DNA of 64,000 nt from Eledone cirrhosa (Eukaryota): positions 99,696,001-99,760,000 of the forward strand of contig OZ024746.1 in NCBI GenBank assembly GCA_964016885.1, read 5' to 3'. Below are positions 25,421-39,108 of this stretch, piece by piece (within the stretch, counting starts at the first letter, position 1; each line of letters starts with the position of its first letter). The notes below the pieces were generated by a model. It was not told where the DNA came from. It made no database searches and saw only the letters and a program-made list of their open reading frames with translations. Both the position numbers and the translations under genes were made by a program.

Positions 25421-26175
25421 TATAAGATAACAGGAGGCTGGACTGGTGTAATTCCTTAAAAGGTTTATTATACTATGATCATTTCAGTGACCGGGTTCAG
25501 TATGAATCCGGTGACATCATCAGGTATTCGGAATATAACAAAGGAATATAATAGATAAAATTCATGGGGCTGAAAATCAGAGACATGAGGGCAACCGAAC
25601 ATTTACCAGCTTCTGCCCCGGTCGACCGCCCTCAAGTGGTGATTATGAAGCCTACTTATGTCCATCTGGTGAAGGGGCATAGGCTTACAGTGTACTACTA
25701 CCACCCCGCCACAGACAGAGGTCAGCGTTGAGATCAGGTCACAATCAAGCTGGTCATGCGTGCTAGAAAGTGTCGCGAAAAATATTTTATCAAAGAACAT
25801 ATATCTTCAACACAGCTATATATAGTAATATATAGTGGACGTCTGCATGGTATAATGTATGGACGGAAATACGATTAACAATTAGAAACGTTAAATTTAT
25901 GTTTAGAGTTAGAAAATGCTATTTAGGGTGAAATTAGAAAAATAATGTTTAGGTTTAAAGTTGTGAGATTTAGTTAGAGGATTTGCAGAAGGAGGCTTCT
26001 ATGAAAAAGTTTAAGTGTTATAGATAGTCACGATAAAGTTTCAGGGTATTATATTCCTTTGTTATATTTCGAATACCTGATGTCATCGGATTCATACTGA
26101 ACCGGGTCATTGAAATGATCATAGTATAATAAACCTTTAAGGAATTACACCAGTCTAGCCTCCTGTTATCTTATA
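25421..26175. repeat. ~130-bp inverted repeat pair (25421-25549 / 26050-26175) containing a hammerhead motif
   Basis: Left arm reverse complement: atac-CTGATGA-tgtcaccgg..ccggtcact-GAAA-tgatca-TA-gtat (intact, 25470-25527). The right arm has a 3-nt deletion in the core. Confidence 0.85.
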
Positions 26176-26310
26176 ATAATTAACTCCGTACTCGCACCAC
26201 CAACTACACAAGCGAAGACGGGTGAGTTGCATTACGTTGAGTGCTCTCCATATTATTACATCGGGTTGACTATACGGATGACCAGTTCTATCCAGTGGTG
26301 AACCAACAAA

Positions 26311-26384
<74 letters not shown>

Positions 26385-26591
26385 GAAGTTAATATGCCTG
26401 GAAGTATCCCTGGAAATATATAGGCTGCTATTTTTAGGGGTGAGATAGACAACACGTCTATGTTTACTTCCGCTTTTGCTACGGACTGGTTCATGTATAG
26501 GTCAAATTTCGGCCTCATTCGATCCTGTACTAGCTAGCAGATGGCAATATATTTTGTCGTTCCTGGGACTTTTTGTCCTAGGAAAGGAAAA

Positions 26592-26674
26592 TGCTCTCTG
26601 ATGATCTTCACTTTTCCATTGGAGGTCCCATGGATTTCTAATGTTTTGTGAAGTGAAACCGATCGGTAAAAGCA
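26592..26674 (+). ncRNA. Type I hammerhead motif, canonical core
   Basis: tgctct-CTGATGA-tcttcac[~36 nt]gtgaagt-GAAA-ccgatcgg-TA-aaagca; palindromic stem III, GUA triplet. Confidence 0.75.
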
Positions 26675-26755
26675 CTGGAGTGGGTAAATATTTAAATTAT
26701 ATATTTTTTTTTATTTAAAAAAATTGTTTGAATTTTGCTTGTTCTGCTTATCTCA

Positions 26756-26795
<40 letters not shown>

Positions 26796-26810
26796 TCTCT
26801 CTCTCTCAGA

Positions 26811-26851
<41 letters not shown>

Positions 26852-26854
<3 letters not shown>

Positions 26855-27160
26855 GAGGGTCGGATGAATATGGAGTGATGCGAGAGCTGTGAAATCTTGC
26901 ATGCATTAATTTCAACTCGTCTTGAGTTCAAATCCCGCCGAGGTTTACTTTGCCTTTCATCCTTACGGGGTCGATAAAATAAAGTACCAGTAATGCACTG
27001 GGTAATTGCTGGCCTTGTGCCTAAAGTAGAAACAATTAATTTCAACTCGTCTTATTAGTAACTGCATTGTTTCTTTCCAGGGACTATGTTGAAAAATAAC
27101 CCTCATTTGTTCATTCCATGAGAGTATCTTGGTCAGCCTATGACCCTTCAGCCGAGCCTC
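26852..27160. mobile_element. Mariner-type MITE with nested 5'-truncated SINE (26924-27034) and 19-bp TSD
   Basis: TSD ATTAATTTCAACTCGTCTT at 26905-26923 and 27035-27053. Confidence 0.85.
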
Positions 27161-27257
27161 CAACATCACAGATACAATAGAACATTTCCTTTTTACTATA
27201 CAACTAACCATTGGCGGTGACTAAAGAACTAAACATTATTAAACATTCTAATTTATA

Positions 27258-27475
27258 GGGTTGTGGATTGGCAGAATCGGTCGAGTGTCGGACATTATGC
27301 TTTGCGACATAGAGTTACGGTTCTTTACGTTCTGAGTTCAAATCCTGCCGAGGGTAGCTTTGCCTTTCATCCTTATGGGGTCGATGAAATAAAGTATCAA
27401 GTCACACACTGGCGTCGATTTAATCGACTTTCACCCATCAAAATTGCAGGCCTTGTGCCTAACTCGGAGACCATT
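27258..27475 (+). mobile_element. SINE family A (older copy)
   Basis: B box, central block and tail present. Confidence 0.8.
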
Positions 27476-27479
27476 AATG

Positions 27480-27875
27480 AGGGAGTTGTTAATATATTTG
27501 AAGGAAACAGCCACATACCAATTCATTGATCCCTGCAATGATGAAAGTGATTTGTACAATTATTCATCTGAATTCCTAAGTAGCTGCAGTGTTGGTAGAA
27601 TGCAGTTCTCTATATTGATTTTGAAAAAGACATGTGTTGTAATGCTATTTCGAAGTTTAAATAAGTTTAGTGGGATTTTCAGTTGATCAAGAATTCAAAA
27701 AATACATTTAGCTGAACACATAATTAAAGGGGATATTGATACAGAAGCTGGACATTGTGAAAAACATGGCACTGTGTCAGAATTAAACCGGGACATTCTG
27801 ACATTATGGCATTTTTTAATGCAACAACAGCTTCCAGTTGGAAAGGATTTCACAATGACAGTCAATAAGCTCCTC
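27480..27875 (+). mobile_element. Decayed Helitron PIF1-like helicase fragment
   Basis: YSSEFLSSCSVGRMQFSILILKKTCVVMLFRSLN resembles EFLNS..G.P.H.L.LK.G..VML.RNL; QQLPVGKDFTMTVNK resembles RQFPV..AFAMTINK. Confidence 0.7.
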
Positions 27876-28843
27876 TGAAACTCATTGAGTAAAATAGATA
27901 AGAAATAGTGTAATTCAATCTATATATAAATTTCAGCGATTCTGTCACAATTCGTAAAGAGAGCGGGGTAGTTTGACTACCTCATACTACTCCTCTCTCT
28001 TTACGTCTGCTGCCTGTGTGAATGTATGTGTGTGTAAAAGGAAGGAAGGAAGGGGTGGTGAAAAAACTATAGCAAAATAGCGGCTGGCATTCCATTTGTT
28101 ATGCTGTGTATGTGTGTATGTTTTTGTGTGAATGTATGTGTGTTTGTGTGATTATATGTGTGTGTGTTTGTGTAAATGTATGTCTGAGTGTGTATTTTTG
28201 TAAGTGTGTCTGTGTTTGCACGTTTATATCTATATACTCATACATATAAATGCATGCATATGCACATACACACATACAATTATACACATACGCGTCAGCG
28301 TGTTGAAAAAAAAAACAGCATTGAAGTATAAGTAGAAAGTTATTACACTGAAAGGAAAGGAGATGTGTTTCAATGACTCCAATAAATCCTTTTATCAAGA
28401 TAAAGAAAAAGTAACGAGAGTTAGAAAAAGCAGTTTATATCGGCTATTTGGCGGATATACTTTCTTAATACCGGAACGGAGGTGGGGAGATGTACATGTG
28501 TGGTTTCAAGCAGAGGTTAGTGTAACAGGCAGACACAGATTGTCAGTCATGTGCAGAATTGTACTCAACACCCGGACAAATCAGCTAATACACGCACACA
28601 CACATATATACACATACACTCGCCCCCCACTCCCCCATATATATATATATACACACACACACACAAACGCAAACATAAACACCCCCCCCCCCCCCACACA
28701 TATATATATATGTGTGTAACAAAGAACGTGTAGTAAGGAACCAGGTGGACCATAATACACCCGATTACTCGATACTGAGGGTAGTAGAGTGGGTAATAGG
28801 AAAAGAGACAGGACCCGGCCGTTTCGACAGCTAGATCCGAAAT

Positions 28844-28891
<48 letters not shown>

Positions 28892-28959
28892 AGAAAAGAT
28901 GAAATCGAAAATGCAACTGGAGTCTTATTTTTAAAAAAATATATATATTTATTTGGTTC

Positions 28960-28995
28960 CTTTACCGGTTTCGCAGTTCTTCTGCTTTTCAAAAG
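28960..28995 (-). ncRNA. Minimal hammerhead motif, U3-A8 variant
   Basis: Reverse complement: ctt-TTGAAAA-gcag-aagaa-ctgc-GAAA-ccgg-TA-aag; palindromic ACCGGT stem III. Confidence 0.7.
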
Positions 28996-29259
28996 TAGAG
29001 TTGAGATGGAGGGTCTGTGGTTTTTCTCACTTTCTAATATATATATGATGGACTCTCCCGTCGATATCCGACGTATGAGTGTCCAACAAAAGTTAAATGT
29101 GAGAAAGTGAACTGATGTTGAACTACCCACACAAAGTTTTGTTTTAAGTGGTGAAGGCTAGTGTAGGACCAACCACACCTTTTGGAACTGACGAAACATA
29201 TCTTCGCTGCAAATGTTTGCCACGGAAAATATGACAGCTCTAAAAAAAAAAATACTATT

Positions 29260-29445
29260 TGGATGGCCGTTGACTCTGCTGAGTTCCTCCACCGTTTGCC
29301 GGGTCTTGTATTTCATCCCGCAGAGTGTCCAAATATCACCCTCCTCACCAAGCAAGCTTGGTGGGGTTGGCGGTTTAGTCGCCGACGACCCGACCAGGAG
29401 ACAAGTTGTACTGGGTTACATGTTACCAGTAGCACTCGAGAGCGA
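29260..29445 (-). repeat. Dispersed repeat, possibly a LINE 5' UTR
   Basis: Inverted homolog of 44830-45010; partial copy near 42085-42145. Confidence 0.6.
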
Positions 29446-29984
29446 CCTGACATAAATATATATATGGAACTTTTTCCATTGCTCATAATTTGAATTTGAC
29501 CGCCCCAAACCGGAAGTAGCTCCCTTTGGAGTAACATGTGCCCACATATTCAATTGGCGTCAAAACGGAAAGCCTGTTGAGAAAGTAAATCCACTGTTCG
29601 ATCCTCCGGAAACTTAACTTGCATACACTGTAAACGGATTTTGTTGATTTCGGATTTACAGACACCTAACTGAGATATTGCAAAATATTCGAGGTGATGG
29701 TCCAGGTCTGTTATATGTACATATGTGTATATGTGTATATTTATATATATATATGTATATGTATATGTGTATGAATTTTTTCTCACGAGTCAGTTCTTTC
29801 GTAGCTACGGACCCCGGCCAAATTACCGGTCGCTGTCTTCATTTTGCAAAGCCCTTTAAACTGCATGCTATTACTCTGAGGTCCTATACCTTGTCGAGTG
29901 CTTGGTTGCACTACTGAAAGCATTCGGCGGCTTGGCTGAGGCTATGGCTTCGAATATGCTGTACTTCCATTTTTATATATATAA

Positions 29985-30032
<48 letters not shown>

Positions 30033-30479
30033 TAATAAACACAGTAAATTGTGTGTCTAAAATTACGAGGGTTGAAATACCACATTGGTTTGACAAATTT
30101 AACCTAAAGCAAACGGAAAATATAGAATAAATATACAGACCGTCTCAATAACTATTTCGTCTCTCGGACAGATTAGAGATTTAATCTGTTTCGCCCTGAA
30201 AATTGTGTTTGTAACAGCTAATCCGTAGGCTTTCCTCGACGAGAGATTAGATCAAATGCGACAAACACATACAACTAAAAGCCACACAAGTGAATATTTC
30301 ACCTCGTGCGCTGGGCGTCAGAAGTTGTGTGAGTGGATATGCTAAAAACAATAGCCTTAATACACCCAACTTATAAGCTCACCTAGTTAGGGAGCCGAAA
30401 TACAAATCGATCGTCCCATACCTAGCTTCAGCAAAAGCAGCGGGATGTAATCGACGATGACACCGTTTCTCACTTATTA

Positions 30480-30686
30480 GCGGTTATGTTATCAAGATGG
30501 TGGAATAACATCCATAATCTTAGCTGGTCTCGCTTGGAGATCCAGCCGGATCAGTTGGAGACGGTTGCTTCTGACAGGACCTGCTGGAAGGGGTGGTTGA
30601 GGACTCTGCCCTCACGACCCTAGAAGAAGAAGAAGAAGAAGAAGAAGAAGAAGAAGAAAAAGAAAAAGAAGAAGAAGAAGAAGAAG

Positions 30687-30716
<30 letters not shown>
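30480..30716 (+). mobile_element. RTE-like 3' end with (AAG)n tail
   Basis: ..RWWNNIHNLSWSRLEIQPDQLETVASDRTCWKGWLRTLPSRP* followed directly by (AAG)n. Confidence 0.6.
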
Positions 30717-30717
<1 letters not shown>

Positions 30718-32103
30718 TTTCGTTGCACGATTGATTTAGACAGTGACACAATTCACACACGATTTATTTTTTTCATATTTAGCAAAAGAACTAATGTGTT
30801 TGTCCGCTACAATCTTGGAAGTGTTCGAGTTGAATTAACTCACAGGAAATGAATCCAACAAAGCAAGGCATTGTGAGAATTAACCGATATAAATGCTTGA
30901 AATGTTGTTTAGTTGGTCTTGGACACAGTGCCCATTCTAATAATCGTTGTTCAGGCCTTGATCAGCTTGTTTCAGTTGACCTGTATATCACCAAATTAAC
31001 CAATAAATTGCCCAAATGACCTATAAATTATCAAAGATATTGCAGCTGTAAACAACGTCTTCTTTTTGTTGAGACGGAATGTAACTAGGTCTACGTTATC
31101 AAATGTGTCCTTTCTTTAAGTGGAATTTGAAAGAAATGTGAGTGTTATTTCTAACCGGTAGAGTAACCATGTAGAATTACCCTGGTTTACTTCTTTCTGT
31201 AAAACAACAGCCCTTTATCGCATTTTAAGTGACTACGTTCTTGATTACATTACAGGGTACCTGAGACGGTCGAATGTAAACCAATAGTGTCTTACTTAGG
31301 AAATGACGCATTTAATTCAATCTAGGGAACTGCCTAGTGCCTGTTTTATTATACCCTAAATATATTGATAAACACAGCTGAACCTAGTAAAGATAAAAAA
31401 ACTAAATAAATTTTATTATTTAATCAACTATTCTACCATTTTATCGCTATTTGAGGATTCTAAAATAATATTTCTTTTCTATTAGACTCATTCACACTTC
31501 AAACACCCTTCATCTGTTTCTCACCTTTATCCTCTACAAAACTAACACCGTCTCTGTACCCAGTCAGCTGATCAGTGTCTCATTTTAACTACCAGTGGTA
31601 TGTCTACATACCATACCACTCTCTCTTCACACACATTCAGGAACATATGGTACTTTAAACTAGCTGGTATGAACTCTGGTAGTTCTATGAGAAATATCCC
31701 TGGGAGCACGTATGTTTCACTTCCGATCCAACGGGGATAGAAAATCGTATGTCTGGAACCGCTACCTTAGGCATAGTCCTTCACATCGCACACGCAACGA
31801 AAACCTATAATCACTCACGGGGTTCATTCGTAGCTGCGTCGCAGTAGTTCAAACAGAGAGCACATCCCTCTTCGCTATAATAAGGACGACTTTTATCCTT
31901 CATTGTAATTCAAAGGATGCCACCATACAACTCAGCCTGTAATCTCTCTAGCCTTCCAACTTCCTGCTGAATATTTTGGTCCCTTGCCAAAAGGATCTCT
32001 AGCAGCTATTCTTCATCACTCCACCTGCCTAAACCCTACGTTCACATACACATTACATGCGAAAGTACTTGGCTACATCAAACGTATAAAGCCATTAGCT
32101 TTG

Positions 32104-32182
<79 letters not shown>

Positions 32183-32559
32183 GTTACCGTTGAACAATTC
32201 ATCCCAGATCTATCACCAGACGTCGCTAAACTCTTCTGATTTTTAGAAAAAGGCTAAAGTCTGCCATATTTCAAAGAAGGCTAACCCCACTAAATTAACC
32301 GATCATTCTTATTTCTATCACTCCAAAGTTTATTAATATATAATCAAAAACCGCAGGTACGACCCAAAGGTGAGACATACAAGTGAGACCCACAGGAATA
32401 TTGTGCCAACATCTGTGATGGTATGACAACTATACAGAAAGTTATCTTTAGACTATACACAGTAAAGACTGATTGATATGACGTCACTCATCAACACACA
32501 TGAATATCTTATCCACAAACGTTCTGTCTTATCACATTTTCTCTACCACAGCAACCTCT

Positions 32560-34678
32560 GTTTTTTACAGCTAGCTGATCGCGTAAAACTTCAACACGGA
32601 ACTACCCCACTTATTCGTCTCTTATCCTCTTGTAGCGAAGCCATCACGGTGAAAGATTTAATAACGGACCCGCCAACCGGTACTTCGTATGATTCGTTGA
32701 GGACGGAAATATTAAGGAGAAACTGCCGTTCTGTGGAAGACGAGTGTTTAGACGACAGGTCGCCGTCCGAATTTTTACGCCACATTCTGGACCTCAGTGA
32801 ATCGCCCGATGAGGATAGTTCATTTATCAAAAAGCTATTTTTTTCTCGCTTGCCAAACAATGTGCAGATTATATTGGCTACCATAGTGGACTCGAGCTCG
32901 GTGGAGCAGATCGCTGCGTCTGCCGATCGAATTGTGGAATTCTTGAGGAAAGCTACCTCGTCAGACTCGCTTGTTGCCTCTTCGACTTTTCCGAACCCGT
33001 CTCGACGCACGAGGATGCCATGTTGAAGGCGATTGACGCATTGACGCGTCAAGTCGCGAAATTATGTAAGGAGAGTAAGCCATCTCCCAGGCGGCCAAGA
33101 AGTCGTTCGCGTTTCTTCGCGACTCCACGCCGTAACGCCAGCTTGCCCGCCAGCAATTCGTCTTTTTGCTGGTATCATGCCACCTTCGCTGATAAAGCAA
33201 AACACTGCCGACCACCATGTAACTATTCAACTTCGGGAAACGCAGACCAGAGTCACCTAAGGCGGCAGCTGATCTCTGTGCTACACACCCAAACCGCCAC
33301 TTCTTTATTGAGGACCTCCTGTCCGGAAGATCTTTCCTCGTAGATACTGGAGCCTCCTGCAGCATTTGGCCGGTGAACTGTGTTAAAGAAACTCCTCCTG
33401 AGTCATCAATGAAGCTACAAGCTGTCAATCATTTGCCGATACGGACTTTTGGACAAATCTCGCTCCCTCTGCAATTCAGAAATCTTCGACGAGAATTCAA
33501 ATGGATTTTTACGGTTGCTGATCTACCATATCCGATCTTGGGAGCGGATTTTCTACACCATTTAGCATTGACGGTGGACGTCCGTGGCCGACGTCTAGTA
33601 GACGGCATTACTGGTTTTTCTCTTCGTGGCCAGAAAGCTAATTTTTGCAACGGTTAGCCCGACCTTTTTCATTGCTAATGCTGGGAATCCCTATCATGCA
33701 TTGTTGAATTCTTTCCCACAGCTTACTCAGGGAAATTTTCGAGTTGTCGAACCGACTCACACAACGGAGCATTTTATCTCTACAACTGGCGCCCCAGTGT
33801 TCTCCCGTCCTCGTCGCTTGCCTGCGGACAAATTGAAGGCAGCACGGTCCGAGTTCGACCACATGCTGCAGCTTGGCATAATTCGCCCTTCTACGAGCCC
33901 TTGGGCTACTCCGTTGCACATGGTGCCCAAGACTTCTGGCGACTGGAGACCCACTTGGGATTATAGGAAGTTAAATGTTATAACTGTCCCGGATAGATAC
34001 CCTATCCCACACCAGCAAGATTTTGCATCGTCGTTGCAGGGATGTAAAATTTTCTCGAAGCTCGATTTGGTGCGAGCCTATCATCAAATTCCTGTCAAGG
34101 AAGAAGATATTCCGAAAACGGCCATTACGACTCCATTTGATCATTCGAATTTCTTACCATGCCTTTCGGATTTAGGAATGCTGCTAGCACCTTTCAACGG
34201 TTCATGGATGAGGTCACTCGTGGTTTAGACTTCGTCTACACTTATATTGATGATCTGCTTATTGCTAGTTCCTCCAGAGAAGAACACATACGTCATTTGA
34301 ATCTTTTGTTTTGTCGACTCAAGGATTACAGTGTTCAAATAAATCCCACAAAATGTGTTTTCGGTGCGGAATCACTGAATTGTTTAGGTCATGTCATTGA
34401 CTCCGAGGGTATTCGACCCGTCCCTCAACGAGTTCAGGCTATAGAGGATTTTCCTCCGCCGACCTCACTTCGTCAGTTGCGACAATTCTTAGGACTGATA
34501 CATTTCTATAGACGTTTTGTTCCGCATTGTGCTAATCTACTCTTCTCTCTTACTGAGATTCTGAAAAATTGCCGCAAGAAGAACAAGGAAATCTCTTTGA
34601 CTCAGACTCAGCTCGAGGATTTTCAAAAAGCCAAATCAGCATTGGCTAGTGCATCTTTGCTGGCCCACCCAGTGCCCA
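32560..34678 (+). mobile_element. Decayed Ty3/Gypsy LTR retrotransposon internal region (gag, protease, RT)
   Basis: gag with CWYHATFADKAKHCRPPC knuckle; protease FLVDTGAS; RT motifs [43 protein letters not shown] and YIDD. Frameshifted; RNase H, integrase and LTRs not seen. Confidence 0.93.
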
Positions 34679-34679
34679 T

Positions 34680-35000
34680 GCAAAAGCATTCCAGTGAGCA
34701 ATGGCCAGCAACACCTGCTGCAACAACCACCCCACCTCACGGGGTTCCTTCCTCAGACGGGTCGCCGACGTTCCGATTTTGCTGTAAGGGGTCCAAGTAA
34801 GCCTGAGGTCTCGACGTTGACCGGTGCGAAGAGGAAACGGCTGGACAGTTCCCGGTATTTGTTTATTTTCCTTTCCTCTGCAAGGTGGGCCACGGTACCG
34901 GGGTTCGTGCCCGAAGCGACTAAGTTTGAGGCGGAGAACGTGTCACAACATGTGGCCACTCAGATGAGGGACATCTTATGTTTACAAAGTCGTCACACCT
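34680..35000 (-). mobile_element. CRE-like RLE fragment (subfamily 2) truncating the Gypsy pol
   Basis: ATCCDTFSASNLVASGTNPGTVAHLAEERKINKYRELSSRFLFAPVNVETSGLLGP. Confidence 0.8.
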
Positions 35001-35199
35001 CATCTAAGGTGTACCACTCATATACGTGTCTAGAAATAGGTCGGAATAAGCAGAATAAGATAATTATGGCGGAAATCCTAATATTGAGAAGAATAAAACA
35101 ACGATATAAACAAACAAAAAAGAAAAAAAATTAATTACTCTCGAAAGACAAAAAAGAAAAGGAAAAGAAATAAAAAGGGAATTAATCAGCGAATATTAT

Positions 35200-35652
35200 A
35201 GGGTAGTGGAGTGGCATAATCGGTAGAGCGTCGGACAATATACTTCGCAGCATAGAGTTACGGCCCTTTACGGTCTAAGTTCAAATCCCACCGAGGTTAA
35301 CTTTGCCTTTCATCCTTACAGGGTCGATAAAATAAAGTACCAGTAATGTACTGGTATAATTGCTGGCCTTGTGCCAAAATTAGAAACAATTATATACTTA
35401 TATTTAATCACTTATTTTCTGCAATTATAGATCGGTTCCTAGTATAGGTAGAAGGCCAGTAATTTGGGAGGAGGGGGGGGGGTCGATTAAATCGACCCCA
35501 GTGCATTGCTGGTGCTTTATTTTATCGACCCCCGTAACGACGAATGGCAAAGTTAAGCTCGGCAGGATTTGAACTCAGACCGGAAAGGGCTGTAACTCAA
35601 TGCTGCAAAGCATGGATCCGACTCTCCACCGATACTGCCAATCCACCGCCCT
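35200..35652. mobile_element. Two SINE A copies, tail-to-tail inverted (35200-35390 +, 35432-35652 -)
   Basis: Both have B box, central block and tail; ~40 bp apart. Confidence 0.85.
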
Positions 35653-35919
35653 AACTTGCTTTATAAATAACTATACATCAGAGATCTTATTCCTCTTGTG
35701 AATTTCGAGTGTAGGTTTGTTTCTGCTGAGCATTTCTTATCAAATCATTGCCCACCACCATTATTTGTTCTGCTTTAGTTTTTTTAATATACAAAAGAGA
35801 TAGAGTAAAGAGAGATAAATAACAACATTTGCGTGATTTAATTGTATGGCCATTTTCTGCATCACATGTCAACGCCATTATAATTGGCTTGGCAAACCGC
35901 GTGACACAAAAACAATACA

Positions 35920-35964
35920 TACACACGCACACATACATATATATATATATACATACATATATAT

Positions 35965-36039
<75 letters not shown>

Positions 36040-36144
36040 CACACATATATATATATACATATATATACATATATATACATACATATATATATACATATAT
36101 ACATATATATATATATACACACACATATATACATATATATATAT

Positions 36145-36176
<32 letters not shown>

Positions 36177-36456
36177 TTACATGCATATACATGGTGGCTG
36201 CCAACTCGTTTTCGAGTACGGCCACTACTTTATATCCATGTCGGAGAACCCCTACCGATGCGCTGAACGAGTGTGACTTTTTAGTCCAGCCAGCGACTTG
36301 AAAACTCTGGTACAAACACTACACTTGTGACAATCATTGACACATAGTGCTGGGCCCATGGTACCATGTGACAAGTGCAGAGAGATCTCCAGATATAAAG
36401 CAATGTCTGTATACATATATATATATATACATACATACATATATATATAGATAGAT

Positions 36457-36487
<31 letters not shown>

Positions 36488-36712
36488 CATATATATATAC
36501 ATATATATATAGATAGATATACATACATATATATATATATATACATATATATACATATATATATAGATAGATATACATACATATATATATATATATACAT
36601 ATATATACATATATATATAGATAGATATACATACATATATATATATATATACATATATATACATATATATATACATATATATATAAATATATATACATAC
36701 ATATATATATAC

Positions 36713-36751
<39 letters not shown>

Positions 36752-36752
36752 C

Positions 36753-36786
<34 letters not shown>

Positions 36787-36960
36787 GTATATATATATAT
36801 ATACATTCATGTATATATATAGACATATATATACGCACACAAACACACACATATCCGTTTCTGTCTCTCTCTATAAATATATATATAAATTTATATATAC
36901 CCCCCCCCCCCACACACACATACATTTATATACATATATATACACTCACACATACACACA
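35920..36960. repeat. (TA/CA)n compound microsatellite tracts
   Basis: Seen directly; interrupted by ~230 bp of unique sequence. Confidence 0.9.
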
Positions 36961-37332
36961 CACCAATAAAACATGAATAAAATAAAGCTCCACACAGTGT
37001 CTGAGCAAATAACAATAATAAGTATAATAGTAATAATAATAGCAGACATTTTTATGTCTGGATGCAGACGAGAGGTGATTTACCTTAAATATACATCTAT
37101 ATGTTTGTAATTACAACATAGCATGTGAAAACTGGCGACAACTTTACTGTCGCATGTCTTTTAATAAGATAATCCTTATCACACATTGCGTATCGGGACG
37201 TTTGTGTTATTACTTTTCATATTTTAGTAGAGTGTAAGTGTTTGTATGTGTCTGCGTGTGTCTGTGTATGCATGCATGTGTGTTTGTGTATGTGTATGTA
37301 TACATATTTATATATAAGTATGCATCTATCTA

Positions 37333-37385
<53 letters not shown>

Positions 37386-37959
37386 GAAAATAGAGAAATT
37401 AATGTAAGCAAAAAGCCGACAATAATTCAAACATATAAGTGACTATAGCCTCAAGATGAAAAATGTTTAATGTAAGATATGGGATAAATAATTCATCCTA
37501 ATTCAAAACAAGTCAAGAAGAAAAATTTTATCCTCAGATTTTGTGTAAGCTGGGGTAAAAAACAGTACAATCTTAACTCAAAATAAAATCAAGAATGAAA
37601 TACTTAGCCTTCAATTTGGGGAAATCTACAAATGCACTGTATAGTCTTAAAAGACTATTTCACGAAACTTTTCAGTGGGGTTAGTCACGGTTGGTGTCGT
37701 TCCTCAGTAGTGCTCAACACGTTAACTAAAAATCACTACTAAAATGCCAGAGGGGAATTTAATAGCAGGCAAGAGAACAGCGTGTTGAATTGAAATAACA
37801 AAACACACGTGGACTCAAAGCTAGTGAAGCCGAAATGAAACGAAAATCTGTTTACAAGAAACACCAGTCAAAACATTCAAAAAAAAATCAACAAAAATTA
37901 GGAGTTCAGCATAAGCAATATTATCGCAGTTTTTATTTATTTATTTTTTTAATATATAG

Positions 37960-38056
<97 letters not shown>

Positions 38057-38399
38057 GAGAGAGAGAGGGAGAGAGAGAGAGAGAGAATTATTGTTATACT
38101 TGGGGAGGGTCATATTGTTGTAATAATTGTTTCTACGTTAGGCACAAGGCCAGCAATTACCCAGTGCATTACTGGTACTTTATTTTATTGACCCCGTAAG
38201 GATGAAAGGCAAAGTTAACCTCGGCGTAATAATATTGCCAGAAATAATAACAGAACACACTCACTGTTTGGTTGGTTTTCGCTTCTGTATCTTTTATATC
38301 TCCATAGTTAATTTATTTGGCCATCATTGTTTATCACTGACTGATCAACGGTCAAAAATACATATATAATATAGATATAAACACATATATATAGTCTAA

Positions 38400-38880
38400 C
38401 AAAGTTATTTCGTTGCACATCTGCAACATCGTCAGTGGTGTTATTATGTTTACTCCTGTTGTATTGTATGTCTACGCCATTTTTATTTTATCTATTTATT
38501 TATTTATATTTCTCTTAAGTCATTTCTAGTTTTACAGTTTATCTGGAGGTTTACTTTACATATAACACATTTCTTATTAGTACAGTAGGTTTTCTTGAAA
38601 GGATATGTTTTGCTGATGAGGAATTGCATGGTAGTTCCTGGATTTGCTACCACTTTAATATTTAAGTGGATCTTTCCCAGGGCCTTTCTACACTGGTTAG
38701 CTAATTTCCCTCCAGCGTCCACGAACATGACATTCTGGTTTCTCTGGTTGTCGTACCATGAGGTGGCTTTCCCTATCTTATGTTTAGTCCTATCTAAGCT
38801 ATTCCATGATTTGCTCCTATATAATTGGCAAATTCCTTTCATGTCCAGTTTATGAGGGTCTTATACTTCTCCGTGGCTCA
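38400..38880 (-). mobile_element. Second Penelope-like fragment (post-RT linker/Cys region) with decayed hammerhead at 38400-38438
   Basis: VMFVDAGGKLANQCRKAL..IKVVANPGTTMQFLISKTYPF..C...C..C..NCKTRN; downstream reverse complement CTGACGA-tgttgca-gatg-tgcaac-GAAA. Confidence 0.65.
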
Positions 38881-39108
38881 TTTGTATACTCTGATTCTGT
38901 CTTTTTGGTTGTAGCCAGAGAACTGCGTGTGGTTGGTGAAGTGTTGGATGTGTCTTACCATTTCTGTTGGGTCGCATATGCGGACACGTGCTATTTTTAA
39001 TCGTGTGGGTTTGTGAGACGCTCTAGGACGCCATGTGCGCTATTATTATTATATATGGCACACTGTTCAGTTCCTTAATATACTTAGAAGTGTCTAGGAT
39101 ACTAATTT

